A stretch of 64,000 bases of DNA from positions 476 to 64,475 of IMG/VR virus record IMGVR_UViG_3300025727_000012. One strand, 5' to 3'. The DNA comes from a virus (lineage: Duplodnaviria; Caudoviricetes). The translations under genes were made by a program, and so were the position numbers. The stretch's first letter is position 1, and the number at the start of each line of letters is the position of its first letter. This document shows positions 6,988-16,716 of the stretch, one piece after another. Under the pieces are notes generated by a model. The model made no database searches, was not told where the DNA came from, and worked only from the letters and a program-made list of their open reading frames with translations.

Positions 6988-7283
6988 GGCCCCCTTATAA
7001 CACTCTCTTGTTCAAGATCTTTAAAAATAGAATCCCATTTGTGTATATAATCTTCGTATTCACTTGTCAATGAAAAATCAACCATACCATCGTCACTAGT
7101 CGTGGCTTTCATCTTTCCTTCACAGATGCAAGCAAGAATACTGATCAGTTTTTTGGCTTTCTCTGGATGATCTAAAGAGCCATCCAAGTACCAATTTATA
7201 ACTGCCTTTAAAATAGAAGGACCATTTGACATGATGTTGCTTCTAACTTCGGTAAATCCTAGCTCACCATCAATAAATTTCAT
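6978..7283 (-). CDS. hypothetical protein
   Basis: after promoter copy 14. Confidence 0.7.
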   Translation of the reverse strand: MKFIDGELGFTEVRSNIMSNGPSILKAVINWYLDGSLDHPEKAKKLISILACICEGKMKATTSDDGMVDFSLTSEYEDYIHKWDSIFKDLEQESVIRGPWV

Positions 7284-7302
7284 TTTGTTAACCTTTCACT
7301 TT

Positions 7303-7332
7303 GATAGACGTATGTCTTTTAGATAAATTCAA
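7303..7332 (-). promoter_or_regulatory. ECF-like promoter copy 14
   Basis: TTGAATT-N15-CGTCTATC. Confidence 0.65.
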
Positions 7333-7334
7333 AG

Positions 7335-7526
7335 TTATTTTTGCTTTCTGGAAATTATTTTCCAAGTCTTAGAAGACCACCAGCGCACTATGCCCTGATT
7401 GTCAAGAACTCTTATATCTCTGAGTATCGGGTTTGTTTCTATTATTAGCCCCCAGGACATCAGGCTTTTCATGTCACCTTCAGATACTGCGTAACTTACC
7501 ACTAGATCTCCAACTCTGTATTCCAT
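7335..7526 (-). CDS. SH3/KOW-like small protein, probably leaderless
   Basis: RVGDLV; ACTAGTTA 4 nt before ATG, no RBS. Confidence 0.7.
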   Translation of the reverse strand: MEYRVGDLVVSYAVSEGDMKSLMSWGLIIETNPILRDIRVLDNQGIVRWWSSKTWKIISRKQK

Positions 7527-7530
7527 AGCA

Positions 7531-7538
7531 TAACTAGT
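7531..7538 (-). promoter_or_regulatory. late-type promoter box (A/G)CTAnTTA; other copies at 9764, 18480, 20233, 23465, 26370, 28956, 31290, 61413, 63245
   Basis: recurrent motif just upstream of starts, including tail tube and endolysin genes. Confidence 0.65.
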
Positions 7539-8700
7539 TTATTGCAATAATTCTTTCGTTTGTAGTAAAATATGGTTTTGATGCGTATTTTTGTGTGGTA
7601 ATCCACATCCTCTGACACTTACTAGCCTTTGGCTTTGGAGCACACAAATCAGTTAAAACAATATGACCATCGAATCCCTTGTTGTTTACGTACTCGGTTG
7701 GAGCATCAAAACAAGTTCCGCCTCCAAGGACTCTTTCAGTCTTCTTGTTCTCTCCCTTGCGCCAAGTATAAACTTTATCTTCAGCGACTCTGGAGTCGAA
7801 AGGTACGACAGTGAACTCTGCTATATCTGACAGCTTGTTCAATTCGTCGTAAAACTTTCCTAACATTTCATCGTCTACGGAGTACGACTGATCAATCGAC
7901 ACTGCGATATTGGCAGTCCTGCTCGTCTTTCTACCGGAATGTATGTAGGGATATCTTCTATTTATTTTCTTGATAGAGGACATCTTGTTGGCATTCTGGC
8001 TGGTTTTAACGAAGTATCTCAAAACCTTTTTCCAATCTATCTCGGAGTTGAAAGACCTTATCAAATCCTTTTTAACTCCAGAGGACAGAGATCCAAAAGC
8101 CTCTGCCCTGTCGCAGTCTTCAAGGGCCTGCGTGATGACGTTCTTCATCCTTTCCTTTGCCAGCTTCTGCGCGTCACTCGACGGTTCAGAATGTTCGTCT
8201 ACCATTCCAGCCGCTGGAACTCCAGAATCTTCACACTGAGATAGCAGCATTTTTAGGTAGAACTCCATAGATTGCTTATCTGGATATTCCTTAAACGCTC
8301 CAAAGCCAGGTTTGCAAGCTGGCTCTCCACTAGGCGTTAAAGGCAAATCGCTAAGGTGTGCATTGATTGATAGGTCCATCGCTATGTTTCTGATCTTTCC
8401 CCAATCGCCTGGAGAAATCGACTTTGGCTGAGTCGGTATTCTCTTGGCTAAGTGCTCAAAAATTATGTGATATAGTTCGTGCTTCAAAACCGAAAGGGTC
8501 TCAGCATCACTGAGAGTCGAAAACCACTCAGGATTGTAGCTCATAATGTAATTGCCGTCTTCTTCTATTCTTACCTGTGCGGTAGGAATGTTACTATCAG
8601 CAATCTTGGGTACAACTCTTGAAATTGAGGCAAAAAATGGCTCTTCAAGTAGGAGTTGAAAAAGGTGCTTGCTTAGACTATATTTATTAGTTGTCTTCAT
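7534..8700 (-). CDS. DUF2201-type metallopeptidase + vWA domain protein (MoxR partner)
   Basis: HELYH (HExxH), IDQSYS (DxSxS MIDAS), GGGT, LTD; start re-assigned to MKTTNK. Confidence 0.88.
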   Translation of the reverse strand: MKTTNKYSLSKHLFQLLLEEPFFASISRVVPKIADSNIPTAQVRIEEDGNYIMSYNPEWFSTLSDAETLSVLKHELYHIIFEHLAKRIPTQPKSISPGDWGKIRNIAMDLSINAHLSDLPLTPSGEPACKPGFGAFKEYPDKQSMEFYLKMLLSQCEDSGVPAAGMVDEHSEPSSDAQKLAKERMKNVITQALEDCDRAEAFGSLSSGVKKDLIRSFNSEIDWKKVLRYFVKTSQNANKMSSIKKINRRYPYIHSGRKTSRTANIAVSIDQSYSVDDEMLGKFYDELNKLSDIAEFTVVPFDSRVAEDKVYTWRKGENKKTERVLGGGTCFDAPTEYVNNKGFDGHIVLTDLCAPKPKASKCQRMWITTQKYASKPYFTTNERIIAIN

Positions 8701-9748
8701 CACCAAGAAGCTCCAGCATACGAGCAGACACAGATACTCCACTCTCGGTTTCAACGTCGTGCATCATTATTGTATTGTCAAGCGTGCCGGAGCCTAAGAC
8801 TGTCCAAGCTTTCATTGCAATCTCTGGGTCTAGTGTCATAAAATACTCTGCAAAGTTTTGCGCTTGTTGTTCGTTGATTTCTGTATCAAAGACTTTAGAA
8901 GCGCTAATTTTCTGTAGCAGAGCTAAGTGCTCGTTGGCTGTAAATTCTAGTGTCAAATGAAACTTACCGTGCTCTATTATATCCTCTGGCTTAATAGATC
9001 TATCATAGTTCTTAACAAAGTCGAAAAACTCTATTGCTGCCTCGAAACCAACAAAAGCGGCGGTAACTTGCCTAAGTTCACTATTACATTCATCCAGCAA
9101 GTTCGTGTTGAACAAGCATTCACTCAAACGCTCCCAAGACCTTCTCGATGGATATACCTTGTTGGGCTCAAAATCACTCTCGTGCTCAAGATGCTTATCA
9201 TTTGTAGAAATAAATTCTATAATTTCCTTACTGATTCCATTATCACCTGCCCACAGCATCCAATCCTCAACAGAAGGCTCGATATCAAAGACAGTCCATC
9301 GATCCAACTCCGCTGGGTCCATTTCACCTACCTGATACTGAGAGCCATGCTCGCCGCCATTTACCGCTGCGAATATGAGAGTCTCTGGGTGCAACTGATG
9401 GCCGTTTAGCTTTCTGCTGTCCGTTAACTCGAAGATGCCTTGGCGAACTTCAATTGTCGCTCTATCAACTTCATCCAGAAACAAAACAACTGGATAATCG
9501 CAAGCGCACTTGAACCAGTCTGGTGGGTTGAATCTTGTAGAATTGGCCTCAATAACCGGCAGGCCAACAAGATCGCCCTCCGTCATCTGTGAGGCTCTGC
9601 GCTCTACTACTGGCAGGTTGATCTTTTTGGCGTACTGATACACTACGGTAGACTTGCCAATTCCGTGGCGACCGCGAAGAAGAACTGGCTTCAGCGCATC
9701 CGTAATGTATCCAACAACGCTGTTGAAAGTTCTAAAATCTACCGACAT
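8687..9748 (-). CDS. MoxR-like AAA+ ATPase
   Basis: Walker A GRHGIGKS, Walker B LFLDE, MDPAELDRW, PSRRSW. Confidence 0.9.
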   Translation of the reverse strand: MSVDFRTFNSVVGYITDALKPVLLRGRHGIGKSTVVYQYAKKINLPVVERRASQMTEGDLVGLPVIEANSTRFNPPDWFKCACDYPVVLFLDEVDRATIEVRQGIFELTDSRKLNGHQLHPETLIFAAVNGGEHGSQYQVGEMDPAELDRWTVFDIEPSVEDWMLWAGDNGISKEIIEFISTNDKHLEHESDFEPNKVYPSRRSWERLSECLFNTNLLDECNSELRQVTAAFVGFEAAIEFFDFVKNYDRSIKPEDIIEHGKFHLTLEFTANEHLALLQKISASKVFDTEINEQQAQNFAEYFMTLDPEIAMKAWTVLGSGTLDNTIMMHDVETESGVSVSARMLELLGDEDN

Positions 9749-9797
9749 CTCTATCTCCTATATTAAATAGTTTTCAACTTATTCTTAACTCTAATAG

Positions 9798-9827
9798 ATT
9801 TGACGTAAAGTGAATTACTTTATTCAC
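9798..9827 (-). promoter_or_regulatory. ECF-like promoter copy 15
   Basis: GTGAATA-N15-CGTCAAAT upstream of MoxR. Confidence 0.6.
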
Positions 9828-10027
9828 AAAACCTTAAAATATTTTGGATCGTCCATCAAGTAACGAGAGTCCAAAGGGCGTTCGCTCGTGGGGTGCAGGA
9901 AAACCATTGTTTGCACCCCATCCCAATTGGTTTGTACGAATCTTGTTACGATTCCAGTTCGACCATTGAAGTAAGATTCAGTATTCACTTCATCTGAATA
10001 GATAACCAAGTCGCCGACTTTCATCAC
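9824..10027 (-). CDS. SH3/KOW-like small protein
   Basis: MKVGDLV...TGIV; RBS AAGGAG. Confidence 0.7.
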   Translation of the reverse strand: MMKVGDLVIYSDEVNTESYFNGRTGIVTRFVQTNWDGVQTMVFLHPTSERPLDSRYLMDDPKYFKVL

Positions 10028-10286
10028 TTTCTCCTTCTAATAGGGATTTGTTGCGTTATTTCGTGCTGAATCTTTGCCTTTATCATATCCTGCTCGATTT
10101 GAAACAATTTGCAAACAACAAACACAATGCAACCGAGTGTCAAACAATTAATAAACAATAATAAAATCAACACTTTAGTCTCTCTTTCTAAAACAAGTGC
10201 CATGGATCCAAAGTCCTATGCCGAACACCAACACAAACCACCAAAGTATGCTATCAGGTTCAAACATACGACCTCCTCTTCTCTAG

Positions 10287-10316
10287 ATTAGACGCAACGG
10301 AAACTCAGTTATTCAA
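10287..10316 (-). promoter_or_regulatory. ECF-like promoter copy 16
   Basis: TTGAATA-N15-CGTCTAAT, then GAGGAGG and ATG of a 30-aa membrane peptide. Confidence 0.75.
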
Positions 10317-10318
10317 TT

Positions 10319-11053
10319 TTATCTTGGTATTTTTAAATCTTTTTCCGCAGCATAGATCGGAATACCGGCTGGTACTGGGAGTATCTTATAAATTTTACCA
10401 CCCTTGATAGCTCGATTGGCTGGGCGTGCTTTTGCTTTGATTACCATAGCGAGGACTCTTTCGCCACGACTCGCTTTTCTGAAGACTTTGTATGAAAAGC
10501 TATTACTCGGTTCACCAAAGTTTGGAGCTATGTCAATTCGGTTTGTCTTTCTGATCTCCACCATTTGACCAGCTTTAAACTTTGGCTCTGATCGATACTC
10601 CTCTAGTACTTTGACTGCATACTTGTTCATACACATAGCTGTGAACTCATTCTTGTTCAGCACATGTGATTTAGGATCTTTAATGACCTTCTGTGCCGTC
10701 GTCCTGAAGTATCCATCCGACAAGAGACAGTAATACTCTGCACAAATGTTCGCCACCTCTCTAAGTTCTTGGCCATAATCCTTGATCCACGCTTCGTGTT
10801 CTGCTACGACTTCCTCAGAGCACTTCTGTTCAATCGCATCTATCCAATCAAGTTGTGGTCGGGTCAGGGCACCTCGACGAGTGATAGAATCGCGGTCGTT
10901 CCAAGCGCAGTCAGGATCATCAGACAAACCTAGTTGTCCGATCACGGAAGCCAAAAATTGGTCGTACTTGAGGTATAGCCTGCGATTGATTGCACCAACG
11001 GACTCAGCCTTAGACACCATATATCTAATATTGTTCAATCTTTCTTTCATCAC
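10319..11053 (-). CDS. hypothetical protein with C-terminal SH3/KOW-like region
   Basis: 244-aa ORF; PKFKAGQMVEIR. Confidence 0.75.
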   Translation of the reverse strand: MMKERLNNIRYMVSKAESVGAINRRLYLKYDQFLASVIGQLGLSDDPDCAWNDRDSITRRGALTRPQLDWIDAIEQKCSEEVVAEHEAWIKDYGQELREVANICAEYYCLLSDGYFRTTAQKVIKDPKSHVLNKNEFTAMCMNKYAVKVLEEYRSEPKFKAGQMVEIRKTNRIDIAPNFGEPSNSFSYKVFRKASRGERVLAMVIKAKARPANRAIKGGKIYKILPVPAGIPIYAAEKDLKIPR

Positions 11054-11183
11054 TCTCTCCCGTACAGTCTATCCAACCTTGTTTTCCTCAATGCTTCTGG
11101 GCTTGGCTGCACTCTAGACACGACCATTCTTACAACAGCCGACAGAGTATATGACAAGCATACTATATATAGAATATTTTCCA

Positions 11184-12329
11184 TCAGGATGTCAAGTGCT
11201 TAAAGTAATTTCTGCAAACTGTTCTAAAGTAACTCTCGCCGGCTTCCATTGGAGAGTGAAGTTGATAGAGTAGTTTGTGATCACCACAGGAGACGGCCAT
11301 CTCTGCTATCTGGTTTAAGTTGCCGACCATATTGTAAGCAGTCGCACGAACCTCTTCCGGCAAAGTTATCAACATATGGTCCAGTCTGTTATTCTTGATA
11401 CAGTTCATAAGATACTTGTAACTGAGCTTGCTCTCGACCATCTTTCCAATATAGCTGATGTACTTGAACTTAACAAGCTGTCCGTTAAAGTCTGCAACCC
11501 AACCCTCTTGATTTGCTACCTCACGGTTGTTGACTTCACTAATAAGCTCGTTAAGTGACATCTCGCGAGAGTTGGGCGCAGTAAAGGTGGCGGGCATTGC
11601 ATCGCAAATATGATTGACTTCCGAAAGTGAAAGTTTCTGACCATCAGAATCATAAGCAGCCAACAGGTAGAGCATCTCTGCGTTGTCATAATCAACGAAG
11701 ACTTCTGTAGTCGGGTGAACTAACTCAACTACAATACTCAGAATGTTTTTACTGAGTGTCTTCTCTACTTGTCGGAAGTCTGATAAGCCAAGCATATTAC
11801 TTGCAATGCCCGCACTAGCAGTTCCAAATTTGCCTCTGGTTGTAGAGCACAATTCACCCCTGTGAACAAAGTATTCGATCATATGTCCGTCTGCCTTCTC
11901 CCTACAGGGAAACCTAGTCCAGAGGCCGTACTTGCTTTCCAGTAGGCTACAGTTACTCTCTTTAACCTCGTTATAGTTGAAGAACTTCTCGAACCCTCGA
12001 CCAACCAGTCTTGGTGTGTGACCACCAAACTCGTAAACAAGGCCACGCATATCCTTTAACACACTTGTCCAACCACCTTGAACCTCGTGCAGAACATTGT
12101 GCGCTGTACCGGTGTAGTTCATAAGAATGAGATTCCGAGCTTCATCAATATCAAAACCAATGAGGTTGCCTGGTTTCTCGACATTTGTATGTGCCAGGCC
12201 CAACAGTTGTTTTAAAACATCAACATTCTCTCTCTTAAATGACGCCCATCTTTGCTTCTTGCCTTCAGTAGTTGTGATTTCATTGGTGATTAGTGTAACG
12301 ATCTTTGCCACGTTTGGATGTACTGACAT
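11184..12329 (-). CDS. rnlA: RNA ligase, T4 Rnl1 family
   Basis: RGLV, RGFEKFFN, EKADG (motif I), EGWV (motif IV), VKFK (motif V). Confidence 0.85.
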   Translation of the reverse strand: MSVHPNVAKIVTLITNEITTTEGKKQRWASFKRENVDVLKQLLGLAHTNVEKPGNLIGFDIDEARNLILMNYTGTAHNVLHEVQGGWTSVLKDMRGLVYEFGGHTPRLVGRGFEKFFNYNEVKESNCSLLESKYGLWTRFPCREKADGHMIEYFVHRGELCSTTRGKFGTASAGIASNMLGLSDFRQVEKTLSKNILSIVVELVHPTTEVFVDYDNAEMLYLLAAYDSDGQKLSLSEVNHICDAMPATFTAPNSREMSLNELISEVNNREVANQEGWVADFNGQLVKFKYISYIGKMVESKLSYKYLMNCIKNNRLDHMLITLPEEVRATAYNMVGNLNQIAEMAVSCGDHKLLYQLHSPMEAGESYFRTVCRNYFKHLTS

Positions 12330-12356
12330 CTAGTCTCCTGTTGTTTGGATGTGACG

Positions 12357-12386
12357 GTTAGACGGAGGGAATGATTATTTATTTAA
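12357..12386 (-). promoter_or_regulatory. ECF-like promoter copy 17
   Basis: TTAAATA-N15-CGTCTAAC upstream of the RNA ligase RBS. Confidence 0.65.
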
Positions 12387-12463
12387 ATATTGTTTATTTT
12401 TTTTAAATAGCCAAGGCAAGGTTTCTGGCACCGGCTAGGTTGATTCCTAGGCGTCCGCCACAT

Positions 12464-13483
12464 TCACAGTGCCCTCATATGCGTTTGATGCCCCAACAAC
12501 TCGTACATGTTCTCCTCGCTTGGGCCGCTCTTGATTTGTGGCAGAAAATAAAGATTGTTCAGCATTCTCCCAAACTTAGGATGATTGACCCCTTTCAAAT
12601 ACATATCAAAAATCCTCTGGCGAGCCTGAGTGATTCCGTCATCGTCCTTATCGGAAAGATCTCCAACCCAAGCAATAACATCAAATTTTGCGTGAGGATG
12701 AACACCCGACTTTCGCCAGGCATTTCCCATCAGGTCTTTCTCATCGCCAGTGCCAGTCACAGCATACACGCAATGTCCAGCAACTACGTTGCCAGCCGTT
12801 CCGCTCCAACCAAGCGTGTTGACCTTTGAATAGAACTCGAACCCCTCTGATTTTGTGTAGTTTTCGTACCTCTCGCCAACGGGCAATGACTTGTTGATAA
12901 TCCCCTTGACAATATTCTTGATAGAATCCTTTGTTAAAGGACTGCGGGTATACACTTCTTCCTTCAGGAAGTTAGATGCGCTTTTGATCCACTCCTTTGG
13001 ATCTTCAGCGTGCTTGAACCCAATCATTCGGGTCAACGTACCCTTTACATACATCTTGTTGATCTGATACTTGATATCCTGACTCGTATTAGCCGTTGAT
13101 GGTTCATGATCGTTGCACTTAGCTTGGTGTATGATCCATTCGTCGTCGGTGTCGAAGATACCATCGTGGTAGAAAGACACCAAAAACTGACCGTGAAATG
13201 ATTCATTGGAGTCACCAATGTCTTTTATCGCCGAGAATCTAGTGATGCCATCTTTCAACTCAACCTGGCCGTTTGGCAAACGACGACCACAACCTGGAAC
13301 TTGTTGTCCGTGTTGTTCTATGTCGATCACCATCCCTGGTACCTTGGCTGCTACCTTTCCATTCTTGCGAATCTGACTGTTAGCCTCATCAACAATCATA
13401 TTGTCAATATTCACCCATTCACAATGCTTTGTCTTGAAGTTTGGGATTTTCTTTTCTAGTTCTTCTAACATTTTACGATTCAT
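12464..13483 (-). CDS. ParB/Srx-like N-terminal domain protein
   Basis: QIR...DIEQHGQQVP...LKDGITRFSA resembles the ParB GxxRxxA motif. Confidence 0.6.
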   Translation of the reverse strand: MNRKMLEELEKKIPNFKTKHCEWVNIDNMIVDEANSQIRKNGKVAAKVPGMVIDIEQHGQQVPGCGRRLPNGQVELKDGITRFSAIKDIGDSNESFHGQFLVSFYHDGIFDTDDEWIIHQAKCNDHEPSTANTSQDIKYQINKMYVKGTLTRMIGFKHAEDPKEWIKSASNFLKEEVYTRSPLTKDSIKNIVKGIINKSLPVGERYENYTKSEGFEFYSKVNTLGWSGTAGNVVAGHCVYAVTGTGDEKDLMGNAWRKSGVHPHAKFDVIAWVGDLSDKDDDGITQARQRIFDMYLKGVNHPKFGRMLNNLYFLPQIKSGPSEENMYELLGHQTHMRAL

Positions 13484-13523
13484 AGAGAACCTACCTTTCG
13501 GCCCAAGGGCCAGTTGTTAATTT

Positions 13524-13772
13524 TTAATAGTACAGGCCACAGGCCATTCTAATATGCTCTGGTTTCTCTTGAGCTTCACACATAGTGTTGGCCAATCCAA
13601 AACAGTGTGCGTCACCATCATAATCTCTCTTTGTGCACTCATCGTTGCACTCTGAAAGATGCCAGACAGAGTTGGGATTGTAGCAAACAATCGCTACAAT
13701 CTTCCTCTCTTCTTTTTCTTCTTGATCTACACTAGCACAGGCAAGTGTCAATAACAACAAAAAAGTTTTCAC
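13524..13772 (-). CDS. Cys-rich lipoprotein
   Basis: LLLLTLAC signal; 7 Cys. Confidence 0.65.
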   Translation of the reverse strand: MKTFLLLLTLACASVDQEEKEERKIVAIVCYNPNSVWHLSECNDECTKRDYDGDAHCFGLANTMCEAQEKPEHIRMACGLYY

Positions 13773-13782
13773 TTGCGAAGTC

Positions 13783-14757
13783 TCACCCCTCTAAAAATCT
13801 CTCTGCTAAGTCCTGAACTGCCTCTCGGAGTGCTGAAACATTCGCTACTTCTGTTTCCTGCTCCTCGATAGTAACGTAAAAGGTTTTTGGGACAAACTCA
13901 CCTTCGAACAAAGTCTCTCCGTGACTAGAGAAGAACTCGTAAGTCGTAGCAGCAGGGTCAGTCGTGTCGGACACTGCATTGGACAACTTGCCTAATAAAT
14001 CCTTGTGGGAATAGAAGGTATCCCAGTCTTCTGCTTGCTCTAAATACATTTGGGCAGCAAGTGCCTGTGCTGTTTCAAAGTCTGTTGCAGTCTTTGTTTC
14101 TGAGCTTGAGTGAACTCTCTTGTAGTCGTCAGTTGTTGATGTCCCTGTTACTACATAAATTGACTCACCATTGATTACATCATTCATCTTTGCTTTTCTC
14201 TCTTCATCTTCTCGTTTATATCTAGCAGCCATCTCTTCATTTGTCTCTTGGTGAGTAGTGTATTTCTTTACGACACACCCAAACAACGATGTTTCAAATC
14301 CAATATGACGCTTCTTGCCCTTGAACCTTGCCTTGAACTCGTCCTCTGTGAGAACTTGTGTCGTAACGAAATTGGTTTCCCAGTCTTGGTCGCTTGCTTG
14401 GACAATCTCATAACAATGGTTTGGAGTAACCAAGCGTTCGTCGTCATCGTCAAGAACAATGTGCTCCCTGGTAGGAGAATCATTGGCGAATGCTTTCTTG
14501 CCTGGGCCTGAATAGCAACTAAACATATCAAGGTTTCCGATGCCCTTTACAGGAGTTTCAGAAGACTTGTTCATAAAGTTATTTGTTCTGTTATAAGTCC
14601 TCACGATAGCACCTGGGACAATGCCCTTTTCTGTTAGGCTTTCTACATAATCTTCCCTCACCAAGGTGCTTACCTTTAGGTAAGTTTGGAAGTCGTTACT
14701 CAATTCTTCACACTGCTTGCGAGTGTGCTTTGGATTTCCACAATATGTACACGGCAT
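13783..14757 (-). CDS. protein with N-terminal CCHC zinc knuckle
   Basis: MPCTYCGNPKHTRKQC; start re-assigned using RBS AGGGG. Confidence 0.75.
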   Translation of the reverse strand: MPCTYCGNPKHTRKQCEELSNDFQTYLKVSTLVREDYVESLTEKGIVPGAIVRTYNRTNNFMNKSSETPVKGIGNLDMFSCYSGPGKKAFANDSPTREHIVLDDDDERLVTPNHCYEIVQASDQDWETNFVTTQVLTEDEFKARFKGKKRHIGFETSLFGCVVKKYTTHQETNEEMAARYKREDEERKAKMNDVINGESIYVVTGTSTTDDYKRVHSSSETKTATDFETAQALAAQMYLEQAEDWDTFYSHKDLLGKLSNAVSDTTDPAATTYEFFSSHGETLFEGEFVPKTFYVTIEEQETEVANVSALREAVQDLAERFLEG

Positions 14758-14796
14758 TATCTTAACCCCTGTCGTCGATCTTGTAAAATATAAAAG

Positions 14797-14870
<74 letters not shown>

Positions 14871-15022
14871 TTAATCTGTTATACCGATGCTTGTGGGCAC
14901 CCTAGCATAAAAATAATGATTTGTAAATACAAAAGTTTCATAGGTTGTTTTTCCTGTACCAATCAAAAGCTACACTGCCAATAAAGATAGCAGCAGCAAG
15001 AATCGCAATCTCTCCAATAATC

Positions 15023-15268
15023 TCAAGCACTTTTTACACCCTCTTTCAATCTTATCAAGAACCTGGCTCTAACTGTAACGCACTGTGTACTCTTATGCAA
15101 CAACAATCTACAAGAATACGAGTCTGGATGCCAGTTTGCTTCCGATGTCGGTTTACCGGCTAAATTATAGTACAACGACTTTAAAACCATAGCAGGCTCT
15201 CCGTTGTACAAACTGTATTCGTCCTGAACTAAAACAAGGTCGCCAGGTTTAAGCGTCCTCATAGGCAC
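15023..15268 (-). CDS. SH3/KOW-like small protein
   Basis: KPGDLV; RBS AGGAGG. Confidence 0.7.
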   Translation of the reverse strand: MPMRTLKPGDLVLVQDEYSLYNGEPAMVLKSLYYNLAGKPTSEANWHPDSYSCRLLLHKSTQCVTVRARFLIRLKEGVKSA

Positions 15269-15679
15269 TCAACCTCCTGGATATATGAACGGGTTGTAAT
15301 ATTCATCAGTGTTGCCACTTGAATCTCCGAGATTTTCCGAGTCTTTGCGCTTCTTCTTCTGCTCTTCGAGCTTTCTCTTTAGCTTCTCTCTCTTATCGTT
15401 CTTGTTCAGGACACCCTCAACCATTGCTGGTAAGTAGCTGGGATCTCCGCCAGGGAAGACTCTGATTTTTTCTCCCGTTAACAAAGTCAAAACTGGATCG
15501 TTATTGACAATATCTTCGTGATAGATGAACTCCCTGGCGGTGTAGTTTACGTACTTTGACTTTAGCCTACTATCGGACATATAATGCAAAATGTATCGGA
15601 ACGTACCGTCATTCTTAGACTCAAGTACGGACCTACCATCTCCTTCAAGATAAGAAATGTGTTTTATCGTCCTCTTCAT
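15269..15679 (-). CDS. hypothetical protein
   Basis: ORF in co-directional run. Confidence 0.7.
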   Translation of the reverse strand: MKRTIKHISYLEGDGRSVLESKNDGTFRYILHYMSDSRLKSKYVNYTAREFIYHEDIVNNDPVLTLLTGEKIRVFPGGDPSYLPAMVEGVLNKNDKREKLKRKLEEQKKKRKDSENLGDSSGNTDEYYNPFIYPGG

Positions 15680-15709
15680 AAGCTTTAGTCCAGACCCTCT
15701 CGATACTAA

Positions 15710-16147
15710 TTAATCTACTTCAACCAACTCAATGTCAAAGTTCAAGTCCATCCCCGACAGGGGGTGATTAAAATCAACCAGTACCATCTCTTCGGCAACA
15801 TCGTTAATCACACCTCGGACGGGATGACCGTTGTTGTTACCCTCCACCATGACCCCAGGTTGGAACGGAAAGTCGACAGGAAACAACGTCTTTGGAACCT
15901 CTTGGACCGCATTTGGGTTTCTTACACCATATGCACTCTCTGTTGGGACTTTAATTGTCTTCTTTTGTCCCACCTTCATACCAGCCACGGCGGAATCGAA
16001 CCCTGGAATCATCTCCCCTGCGCCAACTGTGAAGCCGATGGCCTCGCCGCGCTTGTATGAGTTATCAAATTCTTTACCATCGTCCAAGGTACCCTTGTAG
16101 TGCACCTTTACACTGCGACCTTCTTTAGCGATCGTCTTCTTTCCCAT
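15710..16147 (-). CDS. FKBP-type peptidyl-prolyl isomerase (SlpA/SlyD-like, insert-in-flap)
   Basis: VKVHYKGTLDDGKEFDNS, MIPGFD, AYG, VDFNHPLSG. Confidence 0.95.
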   Translation of the reverse strand: MGKKTIAKEGRSVKVHYKGTLDDGKEFDNSYKRGEAIGFTVGAGEMIPGFDSAVAGMKVGQKKTIKVPTESAYGVRNPNAVQEVPKTLFPVDFPFQPGVMVEGNNNGHPVRGVINDVAEEMVLVDFNHPLSGMDLNFDIELVEVD

Positions 16148-16177
16148 AACAATTTCTCCTCTGCCCGATCGGGCTTT

Positions 16178-16462
16178 TTAGTTTAATTCAACCTCTTCTG
16201 TGGAGGGCGACCCGACCACAGTGTCCCAGTTAAAGGTTCTAAAACCCTGGCTATCAAGATCCCAAACTAGCTCTCGACCTTCAGTATAGTTTCTTGATGC
16301 GTCTTTATCTTTATTCTTAACCTTCCCATCCAAAAAATTCGATGGCAAGTCCGCGTTGCGAACAAAATTCATCGTACGTTCTTCTCCAGAACTCTTTACA
16401 AAAGTTGCGTTATATCCCTTTACCTTCATTTCTACTTCCTCTTCAGGAGCTATTAACTCCAC
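16178..16462 (-). CDS. WYL_2/SH3-fold phage protein
   Basis: FVKSSGEERTM...VWDLDSQGFRTF. Confidence 0.7.
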   Translation of the reverse strand: MELIAPEEEVEMKVKGYNATFVKSSGEERTMNFVRNADLPSNFLDGKVKNKDKDASRNYTEGRELVWDLDSQGFRTFNWDTVVGSPSTEEVELN

Positions 16463-16716
16463 TTATTATAGTTATTCACACCCTTGTAAGTAGGGCGGAC
16501 GTCTTCACTAGAAAAATAAACCACATTTTGCTCACTGACTAGTGAACTGAGTGCTTGCTCAAAAAGCGGGGGCTCTACTAATAATTGGAGAGATACCCCA
16601 TCCTGCACACAATAGTTAAGCAGGCTCGCTCTGGTGATGCCAACCTGATCATTTCTGCTTGGCAGGTTTTCCATAATCAATCGCTTAACCTCTGTTAGTT
16701 TAGCATTTCTTCTCAT
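16453..16716 (-). CDS. hypothetical protein (winged-helix-like)
   Basis: ORF in run; weak pattern. Confidence 0.6.
   Translation of the reverse strand: MRRNAKLTEVKRLIMENLPSRNDQVGITRASLLNYCVQDGVSLQLLVEPPLFEQALSSLVSEQNVVYFSSEDVRPTYKGVNNYNKWS

Larger units (their letters stand above)
80..12386 (-). repeat. dispersed family of 17 promoter/RBS cassette repeats (consensus TTTGAATA-N15-CGTCTAACC-N5-AACCAAC)
   Basis: + strand gttagacg-N15-tattcaa at 111, 467, 739, 1178, 1560, 1860, 2319, 2669, 3608, 3923, 4214, 4948, 5688, 7303, 9798, 10287, 12357; always upstream of a start codon. Confidence 0.93.
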
